A program made the translations under genes and the position numbers. From Microthyrium microscopicum (lineage: Eukaryota), in assembly GCA_010405405.1 (NCBI GenBank), contig MU004247.1:124001-188000 (forward strand): 64,000 nucleotides of DNA. The letters run 5' to 3'. The notes beneath the pieces were generated by a model, which ran no database searches, was not told the DNA's origin, and saw only the letters and a program-made list of their open reading frames with translations. Positions 28,064 to 42,603 of the stretch are shown piece after piece (the first letter of the stretch is position 1; the number at the start of each line of letters is the position of its first letter).

Positions 28064-28817
28064 ATGTCGAACAACGCCTCTTCCCCTTCCGCGAACCTAT
28101 CGCCTCCACCCTCCGAACCACCCATCGACAAAACCTTCTACACATGGACAACACTCTTCAAAGCCATGCTCGGCACCGCCACGCAATCCGAAATAAAATC
28201 CTACAACGACGCCTACGATACCCTACACATCGAATCGCAATGCCGACGCTGCGAATCCAACCGCGATTGGCTCTTCGCCTACTCTCCCATAATCCGCTTC
28301 CTGCGCAAAGAATGCGACGCCCTAGGCGGCTACATCGGACCTGAAAACGTCCGCTGTAGGAACTGCACCGGCAAACAACGAGGAGGCTTCGATCCACAAT
28401 ACGGCATATTACTATGCGCGAATACGGAGATGAAGAGGGGGAGACTGGAGGAGACGATGGCGCATGAGATGGTGCACGCGTATGACAGTTTGAGGTGGAA
28501 ATTTGATGGTGGGGATGTTAGGCATGCGGCTTGTACGGAGGTAAGTGAATGTGTTCCTACTAATGGGGCAAGACTGATGATGAGCGTAGATTCGGGCGAG
28601 TATGCTGAGTGGCGAGTGTAGATTTATGAGGCAGTTTTGGGGCGAAGGGAATTATCGATTTGTCAAGGCTTTTCAGACGTGTGTACGGAATAGGGCGGCG
28701 TTGAGCGTGTTGAAGAGACCGCAGGTTAAGAGCAGGGCGGAGGCGGATAAGGTGGTGAATTCGGTGTGGGAGAGCTGTTTTAATGATACGAGGCCGTTTG
28801 ATGAGATCTACAAATGA
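28064..28817 (+). CDS. ATP23: Mitochondrial inner membrane protease Atp23 (intron 28541-28589)
   Basis: HEMVHAYD zincin motif, HAACTE|IRA, LSGECR, SCFNDTRPFDEIY. Confidence 0.95.
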
Positions 28818-29070
28818 GGATCGTTGCTGGCTTTGGTGTGTTTTTGATACCCTTGGATTGTATATACTGTACGATATATGGATACTTTGGTCGCATAGCA
28901 TGGAGTTGAGGATGGCAATGGAAATCACAACTCCCTAGATTTATAGATGGCCGAGGATTATATGATATTATTGATATTACATTATGATAGCCAAAATCAC
29001 TTTTATCTAATCCTCGACCAATGCAATCCCTCATTTTGAACCCAGACTCAAGTTTGATATCACAAAACCA

Positions 29071-30215
<1,145 letters not shown>

Positions 30216-30393
30216 TTTGGAGGATTCGGAATTTGATGTGGAAATACTGCTGTGGGGAATGGAAGAGGGGTTTCGTTAGTATGACGGCTGTACCTTCAAA
30301 TTCAATTCGAAGGCGATGGATGAAGTTGTGAAGAGTTTTGGAGAGATTTTTAAGAATCAAGATGTTGCTGCTGGAGATTTTATGTACTAGCGG

Positions 30394-30400
30394 TGAGTCA
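30394..30400. promoter_or_regulatory. Gcn4/CpcA cross-pathway control site TGAGTCA upstream of ARO4
   Basis: Perfect TGA(G/C)TCA about 180 bp upstream of the ATG, plus a TGACTC near 30449. DAHP synthases are known cross-pathway targets. Confidence 0.7.
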
Positions 30401-30879
30401 ATGGATAGTAGCTTGACAGCTCAATGGTTGAGAAAAGCGGCATGTAGTGACTCCAATCAACCAGTCATCAATCAATAACAGGGCGTGAAGCAGTAGTTGG
30501 TACAACTTCAATCTTCCTTTGGAATAATTACTACTAGTACTCCATATGGCATACGCACAGTAGCTTACCAAATGGCAGGTTCATTCCTCATTCCTCCCTT
30601 CTTTTGTACGCCGGTAGCTATGACATGAGGTTATTTCAACCTCACTATTGCCACATTGAGCATTATGACCTGTGGCTCCACCATGTTCAACTCAAACTGT
30701 CAGCGAGCGCCATTATTCCCCTTGATCTTTGACTCTTCTGGAATATTCCGCCATCCTAGACGCAGGTACAGAAAATTCAAATCTGACAACATGATCCCTT
30801 AAGACGATCCAACCCTCCAGAAGCAGAATGACGAATTTGCTGAGTCGTCATAGAACAAAGCATTGGGCTTCTTGTTTGA

Positions 30880-31224
30880 ATGAAGTTTCCAAACGACGAT
30901 CTGGAGGTATCGCTAGATCGGGATAAGATCCTGGACAAAACCGACTGCAGAGTACTGCGTAACACGATCATGTTGAGCTTCTACGCCCATGGGTGTACCT
31001 ACTTAGTCGATCGTGCTGGTCAATCAGACAACGTGTGCAGCAATGATTCCAGATGGAGATCTAGGTGGATAGACATGTGGGCGGAGATATCCGACCTGCC
31101 TGGAGAGATCACTTGCATGCGCATGACAGATGTAGCAGATGTAGCTCAATGGGTGAAGGGTTCAAACGACATTGCAGCGGGTCTAGTACGATCCAAGGAC
31201 ATCAAGCCTGACGAAACAGTCTAG
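30880..31224 (+). CDS. Small hypothetical protein (114 aa)
   Basis: ATG-initiated ORF with protein-like composition; no recognised motif. Confidence 0.35.
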   Translation: MKFPNDDLEVSLDRDKILDKTDCRVLRNTIMLSFYAHGCTYLVDRAGQSDNVCSNDSRWRSRWIDMWAEISDLPGEITCMRMTDVADVAQWVKGSNDIAAGLVRSKDIKPDETV

Positions 31225-32039
31225 TGGGGTCCAAACGACTTGGTGGTAGATTTGGCGAAATATTATTCTGATGAGGATTGTTGCGGAGCCGAATATGATG
31301 GGGTTGTGATGTCGAGGGAACAACAAAAGATAGCAAAACCACAAGTACCGGTGGTAGTTACATGATTTAATGTGATTACCTCGGCGGGATTGCTGGGAAA
31401 GGATACCATGAGCGAAGAGCGAGAGAAAGCTTGGAGCCCAGTTCAATGTTTGAAATTAAGGGAGCAATCCGAGCAAAGCACTCGAAACATGGACGCTGGC
31501 ATTAAAGACTGTATGGATTAGGATTGGCCAACTTTATACTTTGTCTCTCACGGAAAAGGGTGAAACTCCCGCAACCTCGAGCATCTCTACGCAGTAATAC
31601 TGCCAGCCTGCCATCACACTCCAAACATCGAACCAACAAGACTCGTCTCCACCTGAAAAGACCATCTCTGGTTTGCTGCAGTCAAGCACAGTACTCCGTA
31701 GCACCAGATCAACCACTCAGCAACGCCCTATTTCTCCCCACCTCTTCCAGCAACGGCCAGTCTGAGCCCCTATCATCCATCAGACCATCCTCCTTCAAGA
31801 ACACCCCACAATCCTCTTTGACAAGTTTGCATTTACAAGGCATTCGTGGCATCCAACATTCAGCACAGCCCGGAAACGTCCTCCGCTTGCGCAACACCTC
31901 ACTACCAACACCAATACACTGCCACTGACACTACCGCTGCTGGCACTGCCGCAACCTCGCTGTTTCCATATACTCTTGCCAGCTCTCCTACTGATGCCAT
32001 CTTTTGCTTGATCATTCAACTCGCATTACACTACCCGCT

Positions 32040-33128
32040 ATGGATCCCTTCACGCTCCATGTGAGCAAGAAACGCTCTCGCCCGCTTGATGACGATGCGC
32101 TGCTTTGCAATATGGATCTTATGGAAGACCCTGTAAAGGTACGTTTGAACAATGTGATGATCGAGGGACTCGCGTTGACCTTGTTTTGTTCACAATGCTA
32201 ATCCATCCCATAGCGACGGAGAAACGAGACATTCGGCGATCTCGAGCTCAATAATTCAGATCAGGCTCCTCTCTTTGCGAGTTTCAGCGCAACCACAGCA
32301 CCAACGCGTCCTCCTCTTTTCCGAGCAAACACCCTTCCATTTCGCCTCCCATCATTTCCTCCCCTGAAATCACTCTCCACACTAGAAGCTACCACTACCT
32401 CGTCAGATTACTCGAGCCCAGGATCAGCCTCTCCAACCTCTCTCGCGTCCCTTCCAACATCCACCACCGACCATGGCGACATGAATATGGATATGGACAT
32501 GGACATGGATGATGACAAAGTCGATATCCGCGGCTCTTTATCACCCACATCACCATTCCAATTACCGAACCGACCACCCAAAATCATCGCTCCACCACGA
32601 TTACAAGAAGGAAGCCATTTTAGCTACGGGCGCCTACCAACCCCTATATCCTCCCATTCGCAAACCGCCAGTCCACAAAATATGTTTGCAAGCGGTAGAA
32701 TACCAACGCCCATACATCCACATTTTCCTCACTCGGACTCATACAACCATCCCCACGGACTAATGTCACCCTCTCAACCATCGACTTCAGCGCTTTTCAG
32801 TGGTCATTCGCCAATCCGACTACTACCTGGTCATTCTCCCAATCGGCCTATGCCTTCGCCAATTCGCGAAGATAGCATGGATGACGCGACCACGGACTTT
32901 GCAGGAAGTCAGTTATCAAGACTAAGCGTCAATGAATCCATGATGGATATGGATGAAGGAAGTCTAATTGAACCTGGCCCATATTCACCAACGGATACGC
33001 CGAGAAAAGGGCGTGCACGGAGCGGTGCGATGTTGTCACCTAATAAGCGCCTTTTCATTGGATATATGTCCGACTGCGAGAAGTGCCGCATGAATGTGCC
33101 GGGCCATTCTGTACATATTCTTAGTTGA
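32040..33128 (+). CDS. Pro/Ser-rich fungal protein with C-terminal GYxxDCEKCRxxVPGHxxH motif (intron about 32139-32212)
   Basis: NLS-like SKKRSRP in exon 1, GT...CTAAT...TAG intron, Cys/His C-terminal motif. Confidence 0.7.
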
Positions 33129-33664
33129 ATGTGCACATGACGCGGTCATTACTATTACGAAGTTACGATGCTTAGCCAGCCCGGGAATGTTGGTTAGACA
33201 TGTGGATGGGATGCTCTGAAAGGCAGGTTTACAGAGACTGCGCGGAACATTGTTTTGACTTGTATTATATTATTCATACTGTATCTCTAGGGTGAGATGA
33301 ATTAACCCATTCTACACATCATGGCAGCGTGTTCTACAGATGAGAATCTCCATCCATTCATCCTCTCGGTCATATATTACCTACTACAGCGTGAAATCAT
33401 GGGGTATAGGGAATGGTAATGAGAGAATTCTTCGAGGAAAGAGCGCCCGCATGGAGTTTAAAGGACGTTAAAGGCATGTTGTAAGTCGCCATTCTTTCTA
33501 TTCCATGTCTTTCTACCGTTCGAATGTTCGACGTCCTTTCTATATACTTGTACCGTCGTTCTTTTTTCCCAAAGGGTTCTCTTACTATTATCGAGCTACA
33601 ACTCCCATCCACTGTATGATCGTTTTTCGTACCAAACGGACTACCTCAATCATACACTGATTCT

Positions 33665-34733
33665 TTACCCACCTACCTCGAACTTGCCCTCAACGAATCC
33701 CCAAAATTCCTCTATAAAAGCCTTTTGCCCTTTGCTCACTTTCATCACCTCCTGTCCCTCTGCCACTCCCTTCACCGTCTCCCCTTCTTTCGCATCGCCA
33801 TCAGCCCGAATAGCAAAGTACCTCCTCGTCTCCAACCCAGCTTCCCATTCCCCTGGATTCGCACCAACAACGCATCCTCCTGCTTCTATGAGAATACACC
33901 AACCCGCGCAAACGTCCCAAGCCCAGCATCCGGCCTCCCAGTATGCGTCTAAGCTACTTGCTGCAACACCGCATAGATTCAATGCGGCGCTGCCAAAGCT
34001 ACGAAGACTATGCGCCATCGCCCCACCCTCTTCTTTCGCCCTTACTAATCGTGCGAAAGTATCGATCTTAACCTTCATATCATTCCCTGACCGATCCGAT
34101 CCCCACTCCACACACAACTGCGCACCTCCCACGCCCGTGAGGGGGCTCGGTTGTCTCAACGGTAGCTTCTCCCTTGAACTCGGCTCTTCATTCGGTCGTC
34201 CAGGAAACGTGGTAGTAAGCCACGCGCCATGTCCACGTATCCCAGAATATAACAGGCCAGAGAACGGCGCATATACAACACCAACGTACGGCGTATAATT
34301 TATCGCAAGGCCGAGGGAGATGGAGACGTATGGATGTGCGTGCACAAAGTTTGTGGTGCCGTCTATCGGGTCGACTATGAATGTCGGGGATGATGTTAGA
34401 TTCATTTGGCCGGGGACATAAGTTTCTTCGCCTATGAATTTTATGTCTGGGTATTTGGTATTGAGGGCGGTGGATATGTATGTTTCGACGGCTTTGTCGG
34501 TTTCTGTTACTAAATCGACGGCTGGAGAGATACATTAGCAGGAGGTTATGGAATGGTAGGAGGGGGAGGGAGGTTTAGGGAAGGCCTATGGTACCGTTCT
34601 TTTTGGTATCGGAGGTGTTGGTTGTTGGTCTGGCGGCGAGGATCTTTTCGCCTGCTTGATGGGCTATTGTTATAAGGAAGTCGTGGATTTCTTGGAGCTT
34701 GGAATCTTCCATGGCTGCGGCTGGTTTGAGCAT
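33665..34733 (-). CDS. INM1: Inositol monophosphatase (intron 34522-34594)
   Basis: DLVTETD, GEE, DPIDGTTNFVH, GSAAL, WDVCAG. The start may be 34712. Confidence 0.9.
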
Positions 34734-35127
34734 GATATTAAGCTGTGAAGTTGCAGTGTTGCTGGAAGCTGGAAGCTGGATATAAGTACCTACTCTATGG
34801 AAGCAACGGTGCTATGCATTTCGCACGTGGGAGTCCCCGCCAATGGAAGTTCTATAGCTTGACCGAAATCGGTACCAGGAGTTTAAGCCTTCGAACTTTA
34901 TTATTAGTGCGTATATAAAATAATACAACACTGAGATAGAGCACTTCATATGTTCCACCGCCAGCACGCAACTCGTTTCCAAAGTTGGGGCGGTCTTGAC
35001 AAGGCTGAGATTAGGCTGAAAATTTATGACGAGAATCGCAACGCAAAATAGTAACACCTCCAAAAGCAATATCGAGGCACATAATTGGCACATTCTCATC
35101 ATCCTCACAGTTCTGTTCAGTCGGAAA

Positions 35128-35134
35128 TGAGTCA
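35128..35134. promoter_or_regulatory. Gcn4/CpcA-like site ATGAGTCAC in the divergent INM1/NNT1 promoter
   Basis: Perfect TGAGTCA ending 21 bp before the NNT1 ATG. Confidence 0.45.
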
Positions 35135-35155
35135 CCACCGACTCAACTCAACAAC

Positions 35156-36080
35156 ATGGCCAGTGACCACGACGACGAATACGGCGATCTATTCCAAGAC
35201 CCCGAAGGTTTTTATCAAGGCGAAAAGCCTTTTAGCTTTCAAACCCACACGCTCAAAACTGGTGTCGAACTCAAACTTCGTCTGGTCGGACATAATCCGC
35301 TATGGGTACTCGCCTAAATATTTCCATGAGCTTCTCATCTTACCATCAATAGGGTCATATTCTTTGGAATGCTGGCAAAGTCATCTCTGATTATATCGAA
35401 AACTTACCACCAAATTCATTTCCTGGAAAATATGTCCTCGAGTTCGGAGCAGGAGCAGGACTACCAAGTTTAGTTTCGAGTCTCTATGGGGCTGCTCAAG
35501 TCGTCGTAACTGATTACCCTGATCAAGAATTGATTGAAAATCTCCAATATAACATTCAAAACTGCTGTGTCCAGTTAGATCAACACAAAATAGCTGCAGA
35601 GGTACGTTAGTATTCTATCACTATTACAACTTCTCACACCTTACAGGGTTTTCTATGGGGAGCTTCACCAGAGCCGCTAAAAGCCCATTTACCAAGACAC
35701 GATCAGTCCGGCTTCAACATTTTAATACTTGCCGATCTATTATTTAACCACTCCGAACACGGAAAGCTTGTACAATCGGTACTAGATACTATGATCCATC
35801 ACCAAGACTCCTACGCTTTAGTATTCTTCACTCCATATCGGCCATGGCTCTTGGAAAAAGATCTAGCATTCTTTGATCTCGCAAAACAACACGGTCTTGC
35901 TGTGGAAAAACTATTCGAAGATGTCATGGATAAAGCCTTATTCGAAAACGACCCCGGAGTAAGTTTTGAGAAGAACTCGGACATTCTCGTCTCCAAGGTC
36001 TAAATGAACAACTAATTTCTTAACAGGACGAAAAGCTACGTAGAACAGTATACGCATACAAACTACGCTATTCAACATGA
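35156..36080 (+). CDS. NNT1: Protein N-terminal/lysine methyltransferase Efm7/Nnt1 (4 exons)
   Basis: LRLVGHNPLW|GHILWNAG, VLEFGAGAGLPSL, VVVTDYPD, LADLLFNHSEH, FFTPYRPWL, DE.LRRTVY. Confidence 0.9.
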
Positions 36081-37375
36081 TCGTCACCAAGAAACCTAAG
36101 TAGATCCACCTGCCGTTGAAACAAGCACAATAAATGTTCGGACCAAGAAGCAATTATCCTTTAACCTGAACGCCCCAATGATGTTGTGTTTCAAGTCAGC
36201 TCCAATAAATGTTTGGACCTCATTCGCATGGTATGTTTTGACCTCCTCATAATGTTTGGGCCATGATTAGATGGACTAGAATTGAACTGCCAATTCTTGG
36301 CTGCGCATCTGATCACTGGAAATGCAACGAATTGGCTGGCAAATAGCCATCCGTTTAATCTATATGCGATAAGCGAGTGTGACTTTCCAAGAACCTAGGA
36401 ACGTCAGTTGCTCTTTATACCCTTTCCTCGAAATTCGAGTAAAATATTGTCTTTTTGAACTCTTATGTAGTTGAATTTCTTAGATTTCACGAATCAATAG
36501 TTCAATTCTTAGGAACTCATAGGTAGTTCAAAGCATGGACCTGCGTCAGAGCACAGTGTCAAGTATATTGAGCGTAACTAAACAGGTTTGACAGGACAAG
36601 GGCCTAGATTATTTCTCTTTATCACTCGGCACTTTATAGCGATCTAAGGTTTGCTGCTTGGCTTCAGGATACGAGTGATCCCCATCATCCTAGAGTTGCT
36701 TGTTTGCTCGTCAATCGAAAATCCGTCCATAACGTTCTCGCGCGATGAAAATCTTGCCCGATATTGGCTGGACCAAGGAAATCAAGCATTTCCACGATCG
36801 GGAATTATTAGAGTTTTTGCCACTGAGCGGCCTAGAACACTCATACATATCTCGACTTTTGATTCTACTACAGTGAGATGATACATACTTACTTAGGCTT
36901 CGACCTTTTGGCTTCTTGAACAGACTGGTCATTATGACGAGTATAAGGCATACACTTGCTTCCGACCCCTCTACTACTGTAAACCATTCAATCTAACAGT
37001 TTCGCAGTAGACAAGGATATGAGAGTTGGGGGCATCTTCCTGCTTGCAGGGCAACCTGGTATATCAACTTCGATAATTTAATTATCCTCAGATTACCAGC
37101 GACCACTGCCCTCTTTTGTGGTCCCCAAAAAACCGGGGGAATATGAACTAGGTAAGGCTTGAACACAATGCCAATTTACTTAGAGAGTCCCTGACGCATA
37201 CGCGTCTGCTTCGTTGGACTTTGAAATGCTATTTTAGTATCTATATCATCATGATGGATGTGGGATTCATGTTACTTCTGGCTACCAAGATATGATCCTT
37301 CATTCCTTCACATTTCTCTTCTTGAGATAGACACTTTTCGGAATTCTTTTCTTTGCTGACCGTTTGATCGAAATT

Positions 37376-39952
37376 ATGGCTTCTGGGCAAAGTCGGTTAC
37401 ATGCGATTGTGGGAAAATTACCCATCATCGGACAGAAGAGAAAAGATGCAACTGTGCAGAGAGCACAGGATCATTGGTTCGCCGAAAACCATGCCGATGG
37501 TTATATAGATCCAGAACCAACTGTGGTTGAGTGGATGAAGAGTGTTACGCCTACGAGAGATGACGCGCTTTACTACATCGCCGATACCTTTCCTTGCTCT
37601 AAATGGCTGTTCAGCTACAATTTACAATGGCTTATTGGAGATCTAATTGCCGGATTGACAGTCGGAGCTGTCATCATTCCGCAGGTAAGTCCATCTTTCA
37701 TAAGACCAACTCATGCAGAAACTAACTTACAGTGTTTAGGGAATGGCATATGCAAAACTAGCTCAGTTACCCGTTGAATATGGCCTTTACACATCCTTCT
37801 TCGGAGGCTTATGTTACTGGGTATTTGGATCTTCCAAGGACATTAACATCGGACCAGTGGCTGTAGCATCCATCGTCACTGGAACTATGCTCACGGATTT
37901 GGAGCATGAGTTTCCCGACCAGTCAAAAGCCTTCCTTGCTGGAAGCATAGCAATGCTGGCTGGCGCTGTCGTCGCTGCTATAGGAGCATTACGACTTGGC
38001 TGGCTCGTGGATCTAATATCTCTACCGGCTGTTTCTGCTTTCATTTCTGGATCAGCTATCACAATTACCTCAACACAAATCCCGGTCCTATTGGGCATTC
38101 GAGGAGTGAACACACGAGAGGCTGCATTCTTTGTTCTGATCAATACTCTCAAGAAGCTAGGAACTGTTCGTATCGATGCTGCAATGGGCATCATAACATT
38201 GACACTGCTCTACATCATCAAGTGGAGCTGCGAGTCCTTCAGTAAAAAGAGACCAAATCTGGCTAAGAAAATCTTCTTTGCTTCGACTCTGAGAACGGTC
38301 TTCATGCTACTACTATGCACACTAATCTCATACATCATCAATCGAACCCACAAAGAACATCCAGCTTTTAGGATTCTCGGATTCATCCCCAAAGGATTTC
38401 GCTCGGTCGCTCCACCAAAACTAAGTTCAGGCGCAATGAGAGCTATCGTTGGCCAGCTTCCAGCCGCTGTAATCGTGTTGATCATAGAGCACATCTCCAT
38501 TGGCAAGTCCTTTGGCCGTATCAATAACTACACCATCAATCCAAACTCTGAGCTACTGGCCATTGGCGTCGCAAATCTCATTGGACCCATGGTCGGAGCA
38601 TTTGCATCAACTGGATCCTTCTCTCGTACCGCCATCAACTCCAAGGCTGGTTCCAGGACACCCATGGCAGGAGTTATTACTGCAGCGTTGGTCTTGCTTG
38701 CATTATATACTCTCACTCCAATGTTCTACTTTGTTCCAAACGCCGCTCTCGCCGCTGTCATAATCCACGCCATCGGCGATCTAATCACTCCACCCACCGT
38801 CCTATACGAATATTGGAAGATCAGTCCCTTTGACGTCCTAGTCTTCATTCTCGGACTAAGTATCACAATTTTCAATAGTATTGAGCATGGAATTTTTGCC
38901 ATGGTCGGCTTTTCGCTAGCAATCCAGCTATTTCGAATCTTCAAGGCGCACGGAAGTCTGCTGGGTCAAGTAAAAGTGCGAGATATCGAACACAACAAGA
39001 AGACGGACGATTACCTCGATGGTGCAGACAGTCTTTCTTCCACACCGAGAAATGCGTTCATCCCACTAGATCGCCATGATGGCTCAAACGCAGCCATTGA
39101 AATCGAGAAACCATATCCAGGAATCTTCATCTACCGCTTCACGGAAGGTTTCAACTACCCCAATGCGAACCACCATCTTGACCACATGGCGAATCTAATT
39201 CTCGCCGAAACTAGACCAACTACAATAACACAATTCCTCACTCCTGGCGTAAGTCCTCTAAGTCTCCTCCATTTAACCCAACCTAACACCAGCAGGACCG
39301 TCCCTGGAACGATCCAGCTCCCCGAGTCACCAAGAAAGACAGCGACAGTGACATCGAACCCGACGTCCGACCAACCCTAAAAGCCATAATCCTCGACTTC
39401 TCCGCCGTCAACAACGTAGACCTCACATCCGTTCAAGCACTAATCGACACACGCGCGTCCCTCGCACGGCATGCAGCGCCAGATCATGTACAATGGCATT
39501 TTGCGAGTGTGTCGAATCGGTGGACGAAGAGGGCGCTCGCAGCAGCGGGCTTTGGATTGCCGAGCGATATACCTACGCTGGATAGAAACACGAAGCCGAT
39601 ATACAGTTTTGCCGAGTTGACACCCCTGGAGATGGAGGTAGAGACTGTGGCGAAAGGTGTGGTTGGCCTGGAGATAGATGGGGATGGGGATAAAGGGAAG
39701 ACCAGACGACTTACGGTGACTAGGGAGGAGGATATTGAAATGGCGGAGATACAGGGCGATAAGGAAGGGAAGATGGTGGAGTCGAGGAGGGAGGATGGGG
39801 TTTCGGCGGAGCAGCTTGGGAGGATGGCGGCGGTGTATGGGATTAATAGACCGTGGTTCCATTTGGACATTCAGGCTGCGTTGGTGAGTGCTGTGGCGAC
39901 TGTGGAAGGAAGGGCGGGAATGATGGAGAGGGTGATGAGTGGAGAGGTATAG
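37376..39952 (+). CDS. SulP/SLC26 sulfate permease with STAS domain (introns 37685-37739 and 39249-39295)
   Basis: GDLIAGLTVG, PQ|GMAYA, TGSFSRTA, DRPWND, ILDFSAVNNVD. Confidence 0.93.
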
Positions 39953-40130
39953 GGGCAATGAAGATATATGATTGATAACAATGATGCTGATTATATGCTG
40001 ATGGAGTATGTGAGATGAGATTAGTATACATCGATTCGATGGTGAATTGTCCAAATGCTGGAGAATAGTATGGACTCTGGAGTATGTCAAAATAATCCCA
40101 GCGATGAAGGTACAGTACGGAGACCACGAT

Positions 40131-41506
40131 CTACTGGCCTTCATTATCCCTCTTCCTCGTCCAAACACCAACAAACCCACCAACAGGAATCCTATCACCC
40201 GCCTTCGGCCTACAGACAAAAGCAGTCTCCTGTCTCTCCACTATTTCGTTCACCCTCTTCTGCCCAAACAGCCGCCCAAGCCATCCCAACAATCCACTAC
40301 CCTTCTCCTCAGTTGCAACTTCCCCAGCTGGCTTCCGAATCCTCGCCACCCTAACATCCCACTCCCGTCCACCATTAGGTCCCAGCGGCAACTCAATAAC
40401 CCTCTCCAAGAAAAACGGCAACTTCTGCTGCCCGATGATTTGCACACACTCTGCAATCTGCGTAACCGACGGATTGAATATCAGCAATTTCGCATCCGGC
40501 AGCATTTGCTTCGCAAGTACCGGGATTCGAAGGTTCGCGGATGGCATGTCGAGAATCACGGCGCTGAGCCATGGTTTGGAACGAGCCTGCGTGGCCAGAA
40601 AGTCAGAGACATCGCCAACGTGGAAGTCGACATTCGAGTAGTAGATGCCACGGCGAAAGTTGCGGACTATGGACCGCGCGTGTTTGGAGTGCCGGGCGGA
40701 TATATCTAATGTGTGGAGAATGGCGCTGCGGGTGGATTTGTAGGCTTTTAGAGTGGTGTCGTCTTCATTGGAGGCTGACTCTACAGCATCTTCCGGAGGC
40801 TCCTTGGTTTCAGGAGTTGGATCAGCAGTGGTCTCGGGGACATCCAGGGTGGCCTTCTTGCGTGGTGGTGTTGCTTTCTTCCAGGGAGTTAGAGGTGGTG
40901 GTGATGGATTTGCGGCATGTATTGCTCGCGCCAGGTAGAGACTTAATGCGCCATGGCCGGTTCCTGCCTCGAGAATTTCGAGTTTTTGGTCTGATATGTG
41001 CTCTTCTGCACTGGAGGCGTGGATGTCTAATAGACTTGCTATTAAGTTTGCATGAGCTGGGTATATCTACATTCTGTTAGCAGTAGTATTGGAAACAATG
41101 AAGGGGCTGAGAATTTATACGGGAGTTACAAGTCTTTTGGTAAGGACGACATATTCAGGTAAGCTGGCTTGGAGTAGGCGAAAAGATGCGCCTTTGCTAT
41201 TAGTTATTATTTCGCGAGCATGACGACCTATTATTTGATCATGGTTGATTGGGCCATTTCTGGTATTCACGATACCGCCTGATGAATCAAGAGGTTTTGA
41301 TAGATGAAAGTTATCGGTGTGATCATTTGCAGGACGAATTATGACAGTATCTCCAGCTTAAAATATGTTAGATTTGTGCTTGAGAACTTAATGGAGGACA
41401 ACTGACATGTAAAAGGCTGAGAATAAAAACGACACCATTGATGACGAACATGAGGTTTAGTGACAAGTCCGCGCGTGGCTAAAAGAGGCGAACGCGCATA
41501 GAGCAT
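40131..41506 (-). CDS. tRNA m1A58 methyltransferase catalytic subunit, mitochondrial Trm61/Gcd14-like (introns 41357-41406 and 41067-41120)
   Basis: R-rich presequence-like N-terminus, RLVTP|IYP, LEAGTGHGAL, ILDMP, FNPSVTQI, VCRPK.G. Confidence 0.85.
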
Positions 41507-42603
41507 GAGCTCGATGAAGGAGGAGAGGCTGATTTTGAAAAGCTTGAAGACCTACTGCGCAATAGGTCCCAGTGATGTGAGAGGCATATGAGATATCCAA
41601 AAAGACTGCATAGGACAGGCATAAACCAGAAGGAGCAGTAGTCAGGGGAGAAAAAAGTTAGCTGCAGATATTCCAAGCAAACCAGGACAGAACAAGTTGT
41701 AAGGCTGTGCAATTGGTGGCGATCATGGAGTAAGAGAGTGAAGAGACGAATGTGATAGGTTGAGTCGGGCATTTGTTTCGGATTGATCTTTAATGGAGAA
41801 AGAAACTGAGCGCCCCATGTTTGTTGGGTCCACTATAGACGAGTCTGGTGTTTCATGGCCAATATACCTGTCCCCTTTGTAGATCTATATCAAGGGATTC
41901 GCATCAAACTGAGGTACTCCTATTCATCCTTCCAAGTCTCGTCTATACTTCAAGGAATGTGGGGCTGACGTCGAGATAATTTAGAGATTGCGCTGGGAAC
42001 TAAAGCATCTTTTATTTAACGAGTGCGATGGCTGATATCGTAGTTGATAAAATTACACCACGTGTGGCAGCTGCCAGATCAGGCTGCTCGAGCTGTGAGA
42101 AATTACGGCACTACATACCTAGGTACCGTACAAAAAAAGTAGCAACTAAACAAAAAGAACCTACTGTGCGTTATTCACTTACAGGTACGGTAGTAGGTAA
42201 CGTCCAAACGGTCGCAATGTGTAACGCGCAGTCGTCGTATCGAGAATAGGGTGGTGATACCACATATAGGAGTAGGGGTACTTATTATGTCAATGGTTGG
42301 CTATCACTTTTCTTTGTGTCATGCGTAACCACTAAAATACCGCCAACCTTGCACCCACCTCCTTCTGCAGTCAGCCCACTCTACTCTCACAACTCCAACT
42401 CCGCCAACTCCCTCACTTTCCGTCAGCTTCTTCATCTTACAATATCTTCATATTTCTGCTTCTATCATTCATCATTACCTCTATTCTCGACGTCTCCTAT
42501 CGCTACTTCATTGCCAATCGACTCCCATCCCATTACGGGTTCTGCCTATGGGACATAGTCCACCCCTTCCGCTCGCTCAGCCCGAGTGCAACAAACATAC
42601 AAC

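Noticed and set aside
32481..32512. ATGGAY hexamer repeat
   Set aside because: Coding low-complexity MDMDMD tract.
39440..41080. Long antisense ORFs (39440-40219 minus, 40047-40709 plus, 40571-41080 plus)
   Set aside because: Shadow frames of the sulfate permease and TRM61-like genes.
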